64,000 nt of DNA from Bigelowiella natans CCMP2755 (Eukaryota > Protista > Cercozoa), in the NCBI GenBank assembly GCA_000320545.1, contig ADNK01000149.1, forward strand, positions 124,001 to 188,000, in the 5' to 3' direction. Position 1 is the first letter of the stretch, and the number at the start of each line of letters is the position of its first letter. The translations under genes were made by a program, and so were the position numbers. Shown one piece after another: positions 43,958-57,957 of this stretch. A model generated the notes under the pieces. It did not search any database. It worked only from the letters and a program-made list of their open reading frames with translations, and was not told the origin of the DNA.

Positions 43958-46900
43958 TTAATCCAGACGCTCGTGTGAAGTTTCGGGTATGAGTCCACCA
44001 ATGATGGGACATAAGAATCCCAGCACAGCTAAGCAGGTTACCGCCTCCGCATGAGAGCTGAGATGCATATTAAAATGAAAATGTTTGCTTTACTCTATGT
44101 ACACAGAATTGGCATTTTAAACTTCGAAAAGTAGGCTGTTATGAACTATGTATCATTCATTATGATCATGGTAAGAGCTAACGGAGACCTATTGTTGTCA
44201 TAGATTACGCCCTCGATAAGCAAGCCAAGGATGGTTCCCACCACATATGCAACCGTTGTGAAGCCCTGAAACAGATAAACCATTTGATGGATATGTTCGG
44301 CACCTAATACAATCTTTTCTGGCAGGTGTTATCCACTTCCAAACGATAAGTCCCTCACACCTGTGCTGTTGCGCGGCTGGAAGTGGGGAAGCACTCCGAA
44401 ATGACGGTCATATTGAGGATTTCGAGTCCAAATCCACACCCTAACAATCAAACAGATGAGAGGGAGAAAGAAAGAAAGAAAGAAAAATAAAGAAAGAAGA
44501 AGCAACGGAAAATAAGGTTCTAATATCGCCTCCTCCTTAAAATACATTACTTCTGCTACTACTACAACAACAACTACTACTACTACTACTACTACAACAC
44601 CACTACTTCAGCACCTGCAAATACTATCCATGCGACAGGTATGAGAAACTCAGCAGCCACGTTGTAGAAAATGATACAAGACGTGAAGAATATGCAGTAT
44701 GCGGTAATCAGGAACGGCTGTTATCAAACAATCTATCAGAACGACGAACGAGTTGTTGTATTTCCAATTTTTAATTCATCTACCCTTCTTCCATACGTAT
44801 CGGAGGCTTGGCCCAAGAACGCGTATAAAATGACAGCAGTGAGCCCGCCTAGAGATGATTGGTGCTTGAGTGGAATGTGATACGTGGACGATACGTGCAC
44901 ATGAAGGAACCTTTTCCTATCGCTGCTACTACCACTACAACTACTGCTTTGAAAAATACTTCGTAAGTACCAAAGACGCCAAGGAAGAAGATATCAAGTG
45001 CGGTGTAGCCTCTTTCACTCTCCAGGAACTTGAACTAAAATCAACCAGCATGAATATAAACTCAAATTAAAGCCTTAGTTTGAAGGGAATATCATCGTAG
45101 AATTTGTCATTGTCACTCATCACTTGATAAAACGCAGCTGGATGAGACGCAAGGCCGTAAATCCCGACCATAGCTGACATCAGGAGCACCCGAGCCCTGA
45201 TAAATAGGAAAATGATGATCGACGCGACAGCAACTACTTTATCATGTACAGTAACAAGCTCTCATTTCTGTGGTTGTTGTCATCACTTGTGTTCTTCCCA
45301 AAGCTTCACAAGTGGTGTCCAAAGCGAGGTAAACGCTGTATACAAAAGATGGCGATAAGGTAACAATAGTATGATACGGGCAAGCGTTATGGTAATGAGA
45401 TAATTTGTTATTGTTTGAAGAGCAACAGTCAGTTGGTGGAGCTCTAAAATTGAAAGCATGCAAGTATTTATCCTAGCTCTTCCTACGACGACCTATGGTG
45501 AAGCGCTCACAGCCCTCCGACTCCAATAGCCGCAGCTCGTAACTTTCTCGAGGCCTATCATGAAACTGCCTGGTCTGAAAAGTGTTGTGACAGAAAGAAG
45601 TTAAAGCCATAGTCACCCACAACAAGCGAGACTGCTGGAGAAACCTCAGGAAGCTGTCGTCGGAAGTACGTGAGAAGACCTAGGGGTATGACGCCGATAT
45701 GTACAGGATCCGCCACCCGTATTCATTTCCTGCAGCCATTGCGTAAAGGCACAGGCGAACCCTACCAATGCGAGAATTCCAACCAAAACGCAGAAAGGAT
45801 AGGAGTGAATTATGGAAGCTATAATAACTCTGTCAAAATTTGCTCCTCTTTCCTGCTTACAGGTATTCTATCCCTGTAGATCTTATGTATTGTTCGTTTT
45901 GCTACTGTACGACAACAAATACCACCACTACCGACTACTACTAGTACTACTAGTACTACTACTACTACTAATACTGCAGCTACTGCTACAACCGCCTCCT
46001 GCAGTTGCCATAGCGCCCAAAGCTCCCATGGCCCACCCTGAAAACATCCACACAGCATGTAATTAGTTTTTTGTTTGTAGGAGCAACAGCAACACGTCAA
46101 AAAATGAAAAATAATGCAGTAGGTTTAATTCCATTGTAGCGCGAAATTTCAAATGTCCGCACGGACATACACGCATTCTCAAACATATATTTGACAAACT
46201 TTTGCAATCACTCATCTTAAAAAGTCAATTGGAGTGTGCTTACATACCTCGATTGCCAGCATCAAACTCTTCGATGATTGCAACATTGGAGATGAGGAAC
46301 CTTTGTTTGGGGGAATCATTTTTCGTAGTGAGATACGGTAATCTCATCTTGCATTGTTTTTGCTTCAATTTGTTTTAGTGTCAGTTACTGCCCAGTCTTA
46401 TTTCATCAAAGTTATGCTTCGCTTGCGTGGGCAAAAAGATTCGCAGCAACCGAGCGTTCGGAATTGTTCGCGTCCGCTAGTCTAGAAAAGAAAGTTTATT
46501 CATTACTCTGCCATCAAGAAAAGCTTTCCAAAGAACTGGGAGATAGTGAACCAGTAGATATCAAAAGAGATGGCTGTAAACGCCGTGCACAAAGTATACC
46601 TGCCCAAACACGAACAAAATAAATTCATACCAGTTGCGGGAGGACGACAAAATCTCCGAATTAGGATCTCAAGTCTCTCTTACATTGAGATCGTTACGAG
46701 GAGCAACGGGCGGCGGCCAATCATATCGGCCATCAACGTAAGTAAGAAGGATGGAATAGCGCCTAAGAAGAATTTTTCGAAGAAAAGAACTGTAAAGAAT
46801 GCTCACCATCGGAGGTGATACAGCGTGGCTAACAAGTCACACTATGAAGTAACGAATAGAAAGTGTTAATACATGTTCAAATACCGCAACGAATGATGGT

Positions 46901-47620
46901 GATGGCGAAAGGCAAATCCTTGTCATTAATCCTTAGCGATTTTTGAATATCTTCTATACAGACAGCGCGAAGCACATCGTCGTAGACACTGAAGAATCCT
47001 GATTGAGTGATTTCAGAACAAGTTTTGGACGTCAATCATTTGACTTTCGTACTGCATGCTGGTATTCGTGATGTACTCTCCTAAACATACCCGCAAGGGA
47101 CAGAAGCGCGAATACCATCCATTGTCGATGTGTAAGAGGGGGAGGTATCCCCAGAAACAACAGGTATCTGAGAATATTGCAAAGTTAGGTTTAGGTTTGT
47201 GCGACGCGTTGTTTGTGAACAGCATATCTATACGATTCCATATTTTGTGATACGTGGAGGCGATACACAAGTCTTATGATTCTGATGTAATTAACATGCA
47301 TAGTTTCGCATTACTTGAGCCAAGGAATCTCATATTTCTCTCCATCGGCAGCCAGTGAAGCACTGTCACCCTTCTTCTCGCTTCGATTCTCAGATGCTAG
47401 GAACTCATCGCTCTCCTTTGGATCTTCCAGCACATCAACATCGATCTGGCACATCATATTGTTGTTGTCAGAGTGGTCAGCAGCTGGTCGCTGTCGCCTG
47501 CCTGCCGTGCTGACGACATGACACAAAAAAAACGCAGACAGTGTATCCTAGACCAATAACTACACGTGATCTAGCAACCTTCTTGTCCTCGTCGATGATG
47601 GCGTTCTTGCTGTCCAACAT
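43958..47620 (-). CDS. 12-TM MFS transporter (SP/AAHS-like motifs), multi-exon, with two apparent 1-nt frameshifts in one exon (possible pseudogene or assembly error)
   Basis: Spliced exons: LTHRQWMVFALLSLAGFFSVYDD, MADMIGRRPLLL (motif A), IIEEFDAGNRGWAMG, GWRILY/IGVIPLGLLTYFRRQLPET, GQASDTYGRR, SECFPTSSRATAQG, IPETSHERLD* (TAA 43958-43960). ATG 47620. Confidence 0.88.
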
Positions 47621-48059
47621 CTCTGCTTTTCGGACAAGTGAACAGCTGTCACAAGGGGTGAAGCCGTGGAGGTGGGCGAAGAGTGATGGCCCGTGCGAGG
47701 AGACAAAGATTAGCAAAATCAGCCAAGACGACTTCGAAAACCGACCAAGCGCGCGGTAACCGATGTTGGTTTCGATCTAAATACAGGCTGTTTTAAACCA
47801 GAGACAAACGGAAAAGGAGCCAAAACAGCGGATCAAAAGAGAAAAATCGGAAAAAATCTGTTCTGGCTCTTAACTCTTCTCGTTTGTGCTTGATGGATTT
47901 CCCAACCTGCGTCATGACTTCGAGTCCACGAGCTGTTTTATTCTTTTCACCGACACCCGTGTGAGTGCGTCAATGTATTTACCTGCGATATTGAGTTAAA
48001 CGCCCTGCATTTTGAAAGTGATAACCAGAACACGTCGGCCCAAGCCGAGGACGACAAGC

Positions 48060-48819
48060 ATGGCGTCGAAGCGGTCCAACATCGCTGGAAATGATGTATC
48101 TTACTCTTTCCTATTGCAGCATTATGTGAGTTCGTGCTAACATGCGAACGATGTGGTTCACATTATCCAAACAGCGGCGCGGGAAAAGGTTACGATGCAA
48201 TTCCAGGGCCGTCGACGATGACTACTTCAAAGGATACTCTGGAATCGAAATTCACGAGCAAATGCTCAAGGATCAAGTTAGAACTAAAGCGTACAGGGAG
48301 GCCATTTTCGAAGTAAAGTACCAACAAATAGCGATTAGATAGCAGCAGCATTACGCAAATCACTTTGCAATTTTGAGAACATGAAGACACCCTGCCGCGT
48401 ACATTTGATGATGAATGTTTTAAAAAAGAACCGCTCGAGGATAGAGGGAAAGGCGGTGCTTGATGTTGGTTGTGGCACGGGCATCCTATCTTTGTTTGCT
48501 CGAGATGTAGGCGCGCGAGTTGTATATGCCGGTGATGAATCACGATCTTAACCATTATAAATTGCGACTAAATTCGTTCACATCGCGGAAAATTGCATGC
48601 TATATCAGTCGACGCAAGTGATATGGCAGATTATGCTAGAAAAATAGTTGAAGTAAATGGAGCTTCGGACGTAATCAAGGTCGGTCTTGTTCCGATGATA
48701 CTTCTCGTAAAGGATAAAAGGTGAGCGGTACTACCACCTCTCAGGTCATCCGAGGGAAGATCGAGGAAATTGAACTTCCAGAAAAAGTAGTACCTAAGAA
48801 ATGATATTAAAAAATACGT

Positions 48820-48903
<84 letters not shown>

Positions 48904-49472
48904 ACATATAAATTTATTTAAAACTCCACACAGCAAAAATTAGTATATCTTTAGTACTAGCTCTCTTCGTTGAGAATCTGCTGACAGCGCAGCCTGCAGG
49001 TTGATGTAATAATTTCGGAATGGATGGGATATTTCCTCGTGTACGAAACTATGCTTAGTTCAGGTCACCATACTTCATTATTCTCATCCCGTACTGTGAC
49101 ACGACTTTGACATTCTTCTCTCGGACAAATATGACAGTGATATTCGCGAGGAATCGTTGGATGAGGCCCGACGGAATCATGCTTCCCACAGAGGCAACCT
49201 TATTCCTCGGAGCTTTCTCATGGCCAGAGAAAATCCAGGTTAGCTACCAAATGAAAAGATACGCGATGTACACACTGCCGACGAAATGAAGGGAAAACGC
49301 ACACAATTCGCCTTTGAGGTTGCAGATGGTCTTAACTGTTTTCCGCTCAAAAACAGGAGCACATTGGGTGTTGGAGACGGATGTACGGCTACGACTTTAC
49401 TCCACTTCTCCCCTTAGCCAGCCGTTCTCTTATTGAGGAACCTATTGTGGAGATGCTTACTCCTCAGCAGGA

Positions 49473-49517
<45 letters not shown>

Positions 49518-49565
49518 GCTGATAATTTGGACATATGTGTACACACACACACACACACACATATA

Positions 49566-49608
<43 letters not shown>

Positions 49609-49920
49609 ATATTTTATATTTATAATTTATAATGACCTATATGTACATATTTAATGTACATCATAAAGTAGCCGGGCGTGTATAGTAATACATGATAACA
49701 CCTGTCTCGATGGTTGCCAAGATTTGTTGCAAAACAGGACATGACACACACTTAGCACGGCATCTGGTGCGGTTGAATCCTGTTCTCATTCTTAATAAAC
49801 GTCACATTCCACAGGTCACAGAATCAGAGCCGATTCTCCACTTGGACTTACGGACTGTAGAAGAAAAAGATCTCGTCGAATGGAAAGCAAGTTGTTACAC
49901 AATTGTATACTCTTCCTAAC

Positions 49921-49953
<33 letters not shown>

Positions 49954-50514
49954 GCAGCAGGAACAGCAACAACCACAGCAAAGGGGGAAAAGGGAAATAT
50001 GGAGTGCTGAAGAGATAGATGGGGAGGGGGGATAGCATGTACTTAATCGTATTCTTGAATAAGTTTATATCTTATTCACATAGATGCAACCTTGAAGGCG
50101 ATCATAAGTGCACGTGTGTATGGGGTATTCGCATGGTTTGAAGTCCAATTTCCACGCTCCAAGCCAGACACGAAAGAGAGGAGTTCAAAGGTAGAAAAGG
50201 AATTTGACGACTCCGGATTGATCTTAAGCACATCTCCGGAGGATGAGCCCACACACTGGGCACAGACAATCTTCTTTTTCGACAATTTTCCTCTTCTTGA
50301 GCAGGACGATCGTCTTGAAACTAAATTGAACGTTAAAACAAATGCGCAAAATCCACGACTTCTAGACATTGAGGTTAGTTGGAGGCATCAGCCTGATACA
50401 ACAAGAACTTCAAGAAACAACTTAAAAGAAGCGAAGAAAAACGACGATACCTGTGCAGCCTCGGTGCAAACACCGTCTTTAGATTGGAAGAAGTCGAATT
50501 ATAAGATGCAATAG
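48060..50514 (+). CDS. Type I protein arginine N-methyltransferase (PRMT1/PRMT6-like), multi-exon
   Basis: YFKGYSGIEIHEQMLKDQVRTKAYREAI, VLDVGCGTGILSLF, VDVIISEWMGYFLVYE (double-E loop), PTHWAQT (THW loop). Confidence 0.95.
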
Positions 50515-51510
50515 CTGCAGCATCGTATACTGCATTAACTGGAAGGTTTTGGTGCAAATATCTAGAATGTATGCCTCTACATGTTGCCATGCCAGCTATA
50601 TTGACGTGCGCATGTATTACAGCCATTTCAATTCATATTTGCTATATTGCATCAATAATAGAAATAGTGATGTGATGTATATTATATACATATTATATTA
50701 CGTTGTCCATAATAAACATATATACCTCCTATACTCGATGATGTTGCCACATGCAATGCACGCTCGCACACATGATTCCATTCGTCATTTCAGATTTGCT
50801 TCTGCAGCATGCATGCTCAACGTTTGGTACACATTCATGATGGACACAGTGATGTGACACATGTTACACATGCATCATGTTACGTTGTCTATGACATCGT
50901 TGCACGTCGATAAGTGTGCACGTGTGCTGTCCTGTGCGTTATTTGTTGTGCGCTATGCATACGCGTGTGCTTGTTGCATGATCGTTCAGCGGGCGCATGA
51001 TATTATACAGCGTATAATTATATGAGCTACTAGTCAGTACATTCTATCGTACTTGTGTACATGTTGTTGCTCAAATAATTTAAATCTACATCATAAGTAT
51101 TTACCTCACACCTGCCATGTGCCAAGCTGAATGCATGATGTGTTCGGCTAGATAGCATAGTTAAATAGCACCGCCTGCGCCTGCTCGCTACATACGATAC
51201 GAAGCTTTATATAAGTAATACGTAGCATAAAATGTGTACATGTAGTCTGCATCATACTGACCACCGAGCCATGCTATAATATTAAGCGAACCCAAACACG
51301 GGCCAATAGATGCGTGAATATATACGAATTACTCGAAACAAGAATAGGAAAATATACAAGTAAACTGCGATACTCGGCGCGTCGAAAGCGGGCGAGATCC
51401 GGCTTTCGAGTGCAGGTTTTGCATTGCTTATAATTACCTTTCGAATACCATGTATTTAAGTGTTCTGGGAATCATTCCGGTTTGATACTGACAAAACATC
51501 TTTCATCACT

Positions 51511-53067
51511 TCATTTTTTTGGTCCTCCAGGGGTCACCGGCGTTGTAGGCTCGATGCTCGTGCTATACGATGAAGAAGATACAGATGACACCGTGTTCGG
51601 TTTTACGCTCTCGCTGTCGCATTTGCCTGCTTTAGGCTTACTAGTTGCAGACGCTTCCTTGAGGAGTTCCTTAAACTCCAAGCTGCATATGCCTGGCAGT
51701 GCCTTTGAATTCCCTCCCCCAAGAAAATCAGGAATTTCCTCCAATTTAATCTCTTTAGCAAGTTTCGTTAGGATCTTCTCTTTTTTTTTGCCGATTATCC
51801 GTATCTTTTGCTGAGTAGCTTTATGTATAATTCCCTAATATTCAAAAAAAAATTTAGAATGATTTCATGTGTGGAACACGCATGGAGGTCTTGTATACCT
51901 TGATCAATGCCCACCCCTTTTCGAATATCCAAGGCGCATTTACAATGTACAGACGTATCAAGCTGCAGTTGAATATAGCAAAAAGCGTTTGGTTAGCCGC
52001 AGCATCTATAAAGATTACAATGATATTTGTAACAACTATACCTTTCAGGATACATGTCGCTGTCAAACGTTATCAGTGATTTCAGCTTTCGAATCTGAAA
52101 AGTTTTTGTCATGGTCATCATTTCAAAAGAGAAGCCTTATATTCCGTCGTGCTTCATAAAACTCAATTATAAAGATTACTATTTTTGGTGCAATACACCG
52201 TACACCGAAGCCATCCATATCCAGTACGACAACGTGCTTAAAGATTCTGGATCTAGAAAGTAAACCCATTTTCTCGTTATGTAAAACTGTTTTGTGAGAC
52301 AGATTCTGCATGAAATTCATATTTTATTCGGTTTTGTTACATACCCCATTTTACGACTCAAGATCTCTTTTCGTACACGAATCTCCTCCTGCATTCGGAT
52401 GTGACACCTCTTAAACTTTTCGTATCCAAACTCGTTGACCGCCTTCGGAGTGAGGAGTCCCAACCGCTCGTAGTATACTGGACGCCCTTCTTTTGTATTC
52501 CCTAATATTCCAATCTTGTATATCTCGTTATATTTCTCATAGCCTTCAGGGTAGCTGTCCAATATTTTGTCGATCTTCAATTCACTAAGTAGAGAACGAG
52601 GAGAGCACAACAGTCCGTGTATATATAAAATACAGGTGTCAATACATATATGAAGTACAAAGCAAAAAGTGAAATATCAGTATATTGTGAGCACCAATCC
52701 AACCTTCTTGTCTGTAGCATCTCTTCATATTTCTTCAACGTCTCCTCTTCAGGTTTCTTTTAGGTAAAGAGGACACGTCAAGAAAAGAGATTTATGAGCT
52801 TACGCGGCTTCTTACCTTTTCGTTTCTGTAGCCGCGAACAAACATCAGCGCGTACGAGTCTGAGATCGCACCGTCTCTCCCCGCAAATCTAAATAATCAT
52901 AATCGCAGCAGTAAAAGCATTTCAAGTTCTGCTTCGAATAAACGTAAACATAAACACAACAACACGGTGTCCGACTTCTTTCTGAGAGTTCCCATCATCT
53001 TGTTCTCGTAGTCATCCAGTGGTTTATCCTCGAACAAATACGTTTCTGGAGATGCACTGCTTGCCAT
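51511..53067 (-). CDS. SEC14/CRAL-TRIO lipid-binding protein, multi-exon
   Basis: GNTKEGRPVYYERLG, VVVLDMDGFG, RLYIVNAPWIFEKGWALIK, TQQKIRIIG, EEIPDFLGG motifs. ATG 53067 (MASSASPETY). Confidence 0.92.
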
Positions 53068-53583
53068 GCTTAAGGTAAGCGATGTTGTGCCTCCTTTGGC
53101 AATGAACAATGAACAATGAAGGCAATTGTGCTTCAGGGCGCAGAGTTGACGATGGAAAAATACGACTCGTACATTTATTTGATAGATAGAAACCAGATTC
53201 AGGGCCTTGTTCTTCAGTATCCTGTTGCGCAAATAACCTTGTCGCAGGAGGGAAAACATGGGGGTATCGCATCAGGCGTTACCGCGTTACCGGAGTTTCC
53301 CTGCCGTTTCTATGGCTAAAAGGTGATTTTGGCGTGTGGATCCCAATTGTGACCATTATGCCTTCAAAAAGCACCATCAAACCCATCCGATCCCTTGACG
53401 TTGATAGAAATTATTCGGTATCAGCTTGCTTGCGTTCGGTAGTTTTGCCAGGAGCGAAATCTTAAAAGTAAACTTCGGATTAGCCGTCCATATTGAATGT
53501 GCGACATGGATAAAATGTAGTCGTAGGTGGAAACTAAATCCTTGCGACTGTTTCCACCTAGACGTCTTCAACAGCCCCACCCG

Positions 53584-54931
53584 ATGGCGGACGTCGATGG
53601 CCCCCCAGATGGGGAGGGACAGAATGCCAAGGATGCTGGGGCGGGAGAAGATGAGGTCATTGATAAACAATAATTGTAAAGGGAAATGTGTTATTGAGCG
53701 ACCTGAATTGCTTCCGGGAAGGCAACTGTACAGCAATGGAGTACGTGCAGAAATTGTCGTTTCTGCATTTTTTTTGAAGTGCCACGTACATAAACAAATC
53801 GCATAGGGGATTCTTCTTTAGAATATTTTCAGTGATCACACCTCATGCTTTCTTGTCTAATCAGGGAAAGGGTAAATCGCTTTTAGGGAGTGGGCCCATC
53901 CTCATACCGGCTCAGAAATGTGGCCCAGGAGATATTCGTAGCGTTCTTTTCCAGGAATTTTCGGACTTATACGAAGTTGACATGAAGGATAAGGTTTGTT
54001 CAACTACTCCTCTCTATCTAAACTCTTGTACTAATTTTCTCTATTTTTATTTCCATTCAGGAGGAGATGGCCAAAGAAACGAAATGCGAGCAGCAGAAAG
54101 ATGAGGACGGCGCAGAACAGAAAGATGAGGCTGCAAAGGGTGAGGAACAGGCTGGGGATATGATGGCAAAGGCCAATGAGGAGGAAGCCAAAGTCGTTGA
54201 TGAGAAGGTCGAAGCGATCAAACGCTCTCTGAAGAGCACATTGGAGCAGTCTAAGAGGATGCAGAAACTTTTAGAAGAGAGGCATTCTGCTGAGCTTCAG
54301 AATCAGCATCAAATCACACGGGCGCTACAAGAGAACTGGGGGTTAATAACTGGGGTCGATATTCCCATGCCATCGCGCGTTGTCGAGGAGGGCAACTTGC
54401 GCTACCTCCCAACCATTGATGATGAAGAAGCAGCAGGCTTGGTTGAGGGGAGTCGGATAGGATTCGCCTCAGCTGGAAGAGGAGAAAGCAAAGACACAAA
54501 AGCCGGCAGCGGTGAGCGAAAAGTGAAGGAGCTTGATGAGGTTGCCTCGGCCATTCTAGATCTAGGCTCTATCATGCGTCAAACAGAAAAGGAACGAAAG
54601 GAGTTTACACGACAAAGAATGCGAAGCCCCCCGCCAGGTTCTCACACACGCAAAGCAGCCTTACCGCCACTTGAGGATACGCACGCTACAATGGGGTTCA
54701 CTGCAGCACCGAGGGACGGCGAAAGGAACCAGTATGGCGAAACCACGCTCAAGATGAGCGCATCGTTGTCTACATCGACCTTCAAGAGGAAAGTCGCTAC
54801 GCAGACTGCAAAGGAGATTAAGATGAAGCGGAAGATGAAAACACTTCTCAGGAAGATGCCGAGGTCAGTCTTTATAGTGGTAGTAGTGGGCTAGAGAAGC
54901 GTGTGATACTGCACGAATCATAAATATCATG

Positions 54932-54967
<36 letters not shown>

Positions 54968-55456
54968 TTATACATATGTCTGCGTGTGTGTATTAATCCA
55001 AAGTGACTTTACGTGTCAGAGTGTGGAATACTTGTGGATCAATCATCAGCATTCTTGATTTCGGGTTCATCTTTTTGTTGTGCGTACGGTGATACGATCT
55101 GCTGTCATAATACAGGGGCGACCAAGTGGCTGACGAGAAGCGAGTCTTAGAGCGCATGAGCCGTAAGCTTAATTTCCTCAAGAACCCTCGTTTCGCAGCG
55201 CCGGGGACATCGTCCACACTTTCCTACTCCACAGCGAAAGTAGCAGGACGTACAGTAGACGGAATGCTCGGAGGGCACCCGATAGATGCTCTAACCTGCG
55301 ACCCAACGGCTGTTTTATTCGATGCATATGAACCAGGCAGCACCTACACTGCCAAGGTAGTCGAGGTGGTTGGGAGGTGGAGTACGATTGCAAAGGAATG
55401 AGTGGGTGAATGCAAATATTAAGATGCATACATTTGCATGCAGCACTTACTAGTGA

Positions 55457-55493
<37 letters not shown>

Positions 55494-55511
55494 CACTGAT
55501 TATAATTCATC

Positions 55512-55546
<35 letters not shown>

Positions 55547-57061
55547 GGTCCGAGTGACGAACCGATCCGCGCTAAGCCGTCGAATAAAAATCCTCCCTCC
55601 TTCAACCAAGTTCTTCAACACAAAACAGGCCAAGTTCCCAGGATTGCAAGGCATGGTGGCGCCAGGCATGCAGATCACCATTACTGTATCTTTCACACCG
55701 AATTCGCTCGCCCCTTTCGAGGACGCTTTCACAGTGTGGGCAGACAGCGGCAGTATCACTATTCCTTTATGGGGTCAGAGGCCCCCACCCATCCTCGATC
55801 TCAAACCTCATCTCCACTGCGAAGTGTGCCTGATCGGCGCCACATCGACTGTTTCGCAAATCGTTACGAACACGGGCGGCTATGGGAGGTTCTGGGTATT
55901 CCCAAAGACCAGTAGGAAGAAGTACCCGACGATGAAAGACGTCGAGAACCTCACGGAGGGCGGACAGACGGGGTTCCCGGCGTCTGTGCAAGTTGGAAAG
56001 TTCATGATAAGCCCTGGAAGCTTCGAGCTTCGACCTAGAGGCAAGATCAAGCTTACCGTCTCCTTCTCATCAGAAAACCTTGCGCAGGAGAGCCAGAGCT
56101 TCGTACTGCTGTGTGATAATCACACAAAGACCCAGCATCTGCTAACGGGTAAGGCGATGGACCTACAACTGGCACTTTCTAATGTCACTGGGGCGAAGAA
56201 TTTTGAGCCTGAAGTCTGTAGCTTGAAAGCTGCATTGCCTTCTCGAAAGAGTGTCAAGCTGCAGCCCGGTTCCGGGAAGGAAGAAGACAATTCAACAGAA
56301 GAGGGTGCTTTGCTGCCGTTCTACGCTCCCAGCTCCACGGTAAACTTCGAGCGGTCCATTCTAGGGGGAACTGATGTCAAGCAAATCACGGTAACTTTGT
56401 AATTGTAACAGTCAGTAGTAGCACTATTGAAGAACGTTTCAAAATCTATGATCGTGAAACGCTAGCAGCAAGAACACTCCAGAGTCGTATCGTATGACAA
56501 CAATTGTCCTTTTCCCTGTCTTCATTCAAAATTCAAAAAATTAAAACTTTTTATCAAGCATTTATCAATAGGCATAGGAAACAGTTGCAAGTAGCTACAA
56601 CTACATTGCAACTAGTGTGCTGCACGAACCGGCTCATAGGTGTCTGTTCTTGTTTATTGTAGGTGACAAATTCGTGCCCCATAGCTTCTAAGTTCCACTG
56701 GGAGTTTCCAGGAATGCCCAAGCGCAGTAAAGGCCAACAAAAGGCAGTCTTCACTGTCAGGCCGAAGAAAGGCGAAATTGGGCCGTTTGAGCATGCGAAA
56801 TTCGACTTTTATTTCCGACCGCAGGACAGCGCCTTGCAAGCGCAACTGGCTCACCTTGTCATTGACAGCCTTCCCAACCGCTTTTTGCGCGTGAAGGGGG
56901 CATCAATGAGGAGACAGGAGCAACAGTCCGACTGTGATGTTTCCCTTCCAATCATGGGTTTTCGACTCAACGGGCAGGCCAAACCCGGTCGAGTCGCCAC
57001 ATCGCCAGCGCTGGTATTATTACCCAGAGAAAAACCGGGATTGGAAGTGAGGAGGAAGAGA

Positions 57062-57106
<45 letters not shown>

Positions 57107-57919
57107 GGGTGGGGGGGGGGAGGGAGGAAGAACCACAAAACATTGATATTGTTTATGAAAACCTTTCTCACAGATATATATTGGTCCGCTCGTTATCGGA
57201 ACAAAGAGATCGGCGGATATTAAAGTCCAGAACTCCTATAAATTCCCTGTATATTTCTCTTTCAAGACGCCAAGACCCACTCAACTGGACGAACTCAATG
57301 ACGAGTGAGACTCATATCCAACCATTTGGCATAATACTTCAGTGAATCATTTTCGCACCCACGACTTTTGCATTCAATCGTCCCTTCCTCCCTCCCCTCC
57401 CAATTAACGTGTAAAGTCATAATATGTGCACCTGTGGCGTGTACGTGGTCACAGGTTTAAACTGAGCCTAACCGAGCGCAGCGGCAAATTGGAGCCTCAT
57501 GAGACGAGGACGATAACTCTAACCTTCGAATGTAAGGAAATCGGGAGGTTTGACATCGACCTCCCTTGCCAAGTCCACAAGGGAGAGGTCTCGACAATAA
57601 AAATACGCGGTATTTCAATCGGACCCACAGTGCGCTGTCTGACACCGTGGCTCGAGTATGGCCCGTTGAACTTTGGTAAAAAAGGGATATGCCAGACGCT
57701 GCCTCTGGATCTTGAAAACTGCTCCAATGCGCCGGCAGAGGTGGTGTTGGAAAATGCAGATCCGGCAGTGACTCCAGCTCTACTCGGATTTCAGCCCAAG
57801 ACAGTCATTATTAAGCCGAAAACGCTCCAAAGATTTCAGGTCAACGTTTTCCCTCGTCACAGCCACTGCGTCATCTCTGTTTCTCTGTTTCTCTGTTTCT
57901 CTCTCTCCTCTCTCTCTCT

Positions 57920-57957
<38 letters not shown>

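Noticed and set aside
44671-46818. + strand ORFs at 44671-45070, 45670-46066 and 46570-46818 as separate genes or a retroelement relic
   Set aside because: Fully explained as antisense to exons and introns of the - strand MFS gene.
50515-51510. Copy of the ~80-bp repeat in the PRMT/SEC14 convergent spacer
   Set aside because: The spacer is TGCA/CATG-rich but no alignable copy was found by eye.
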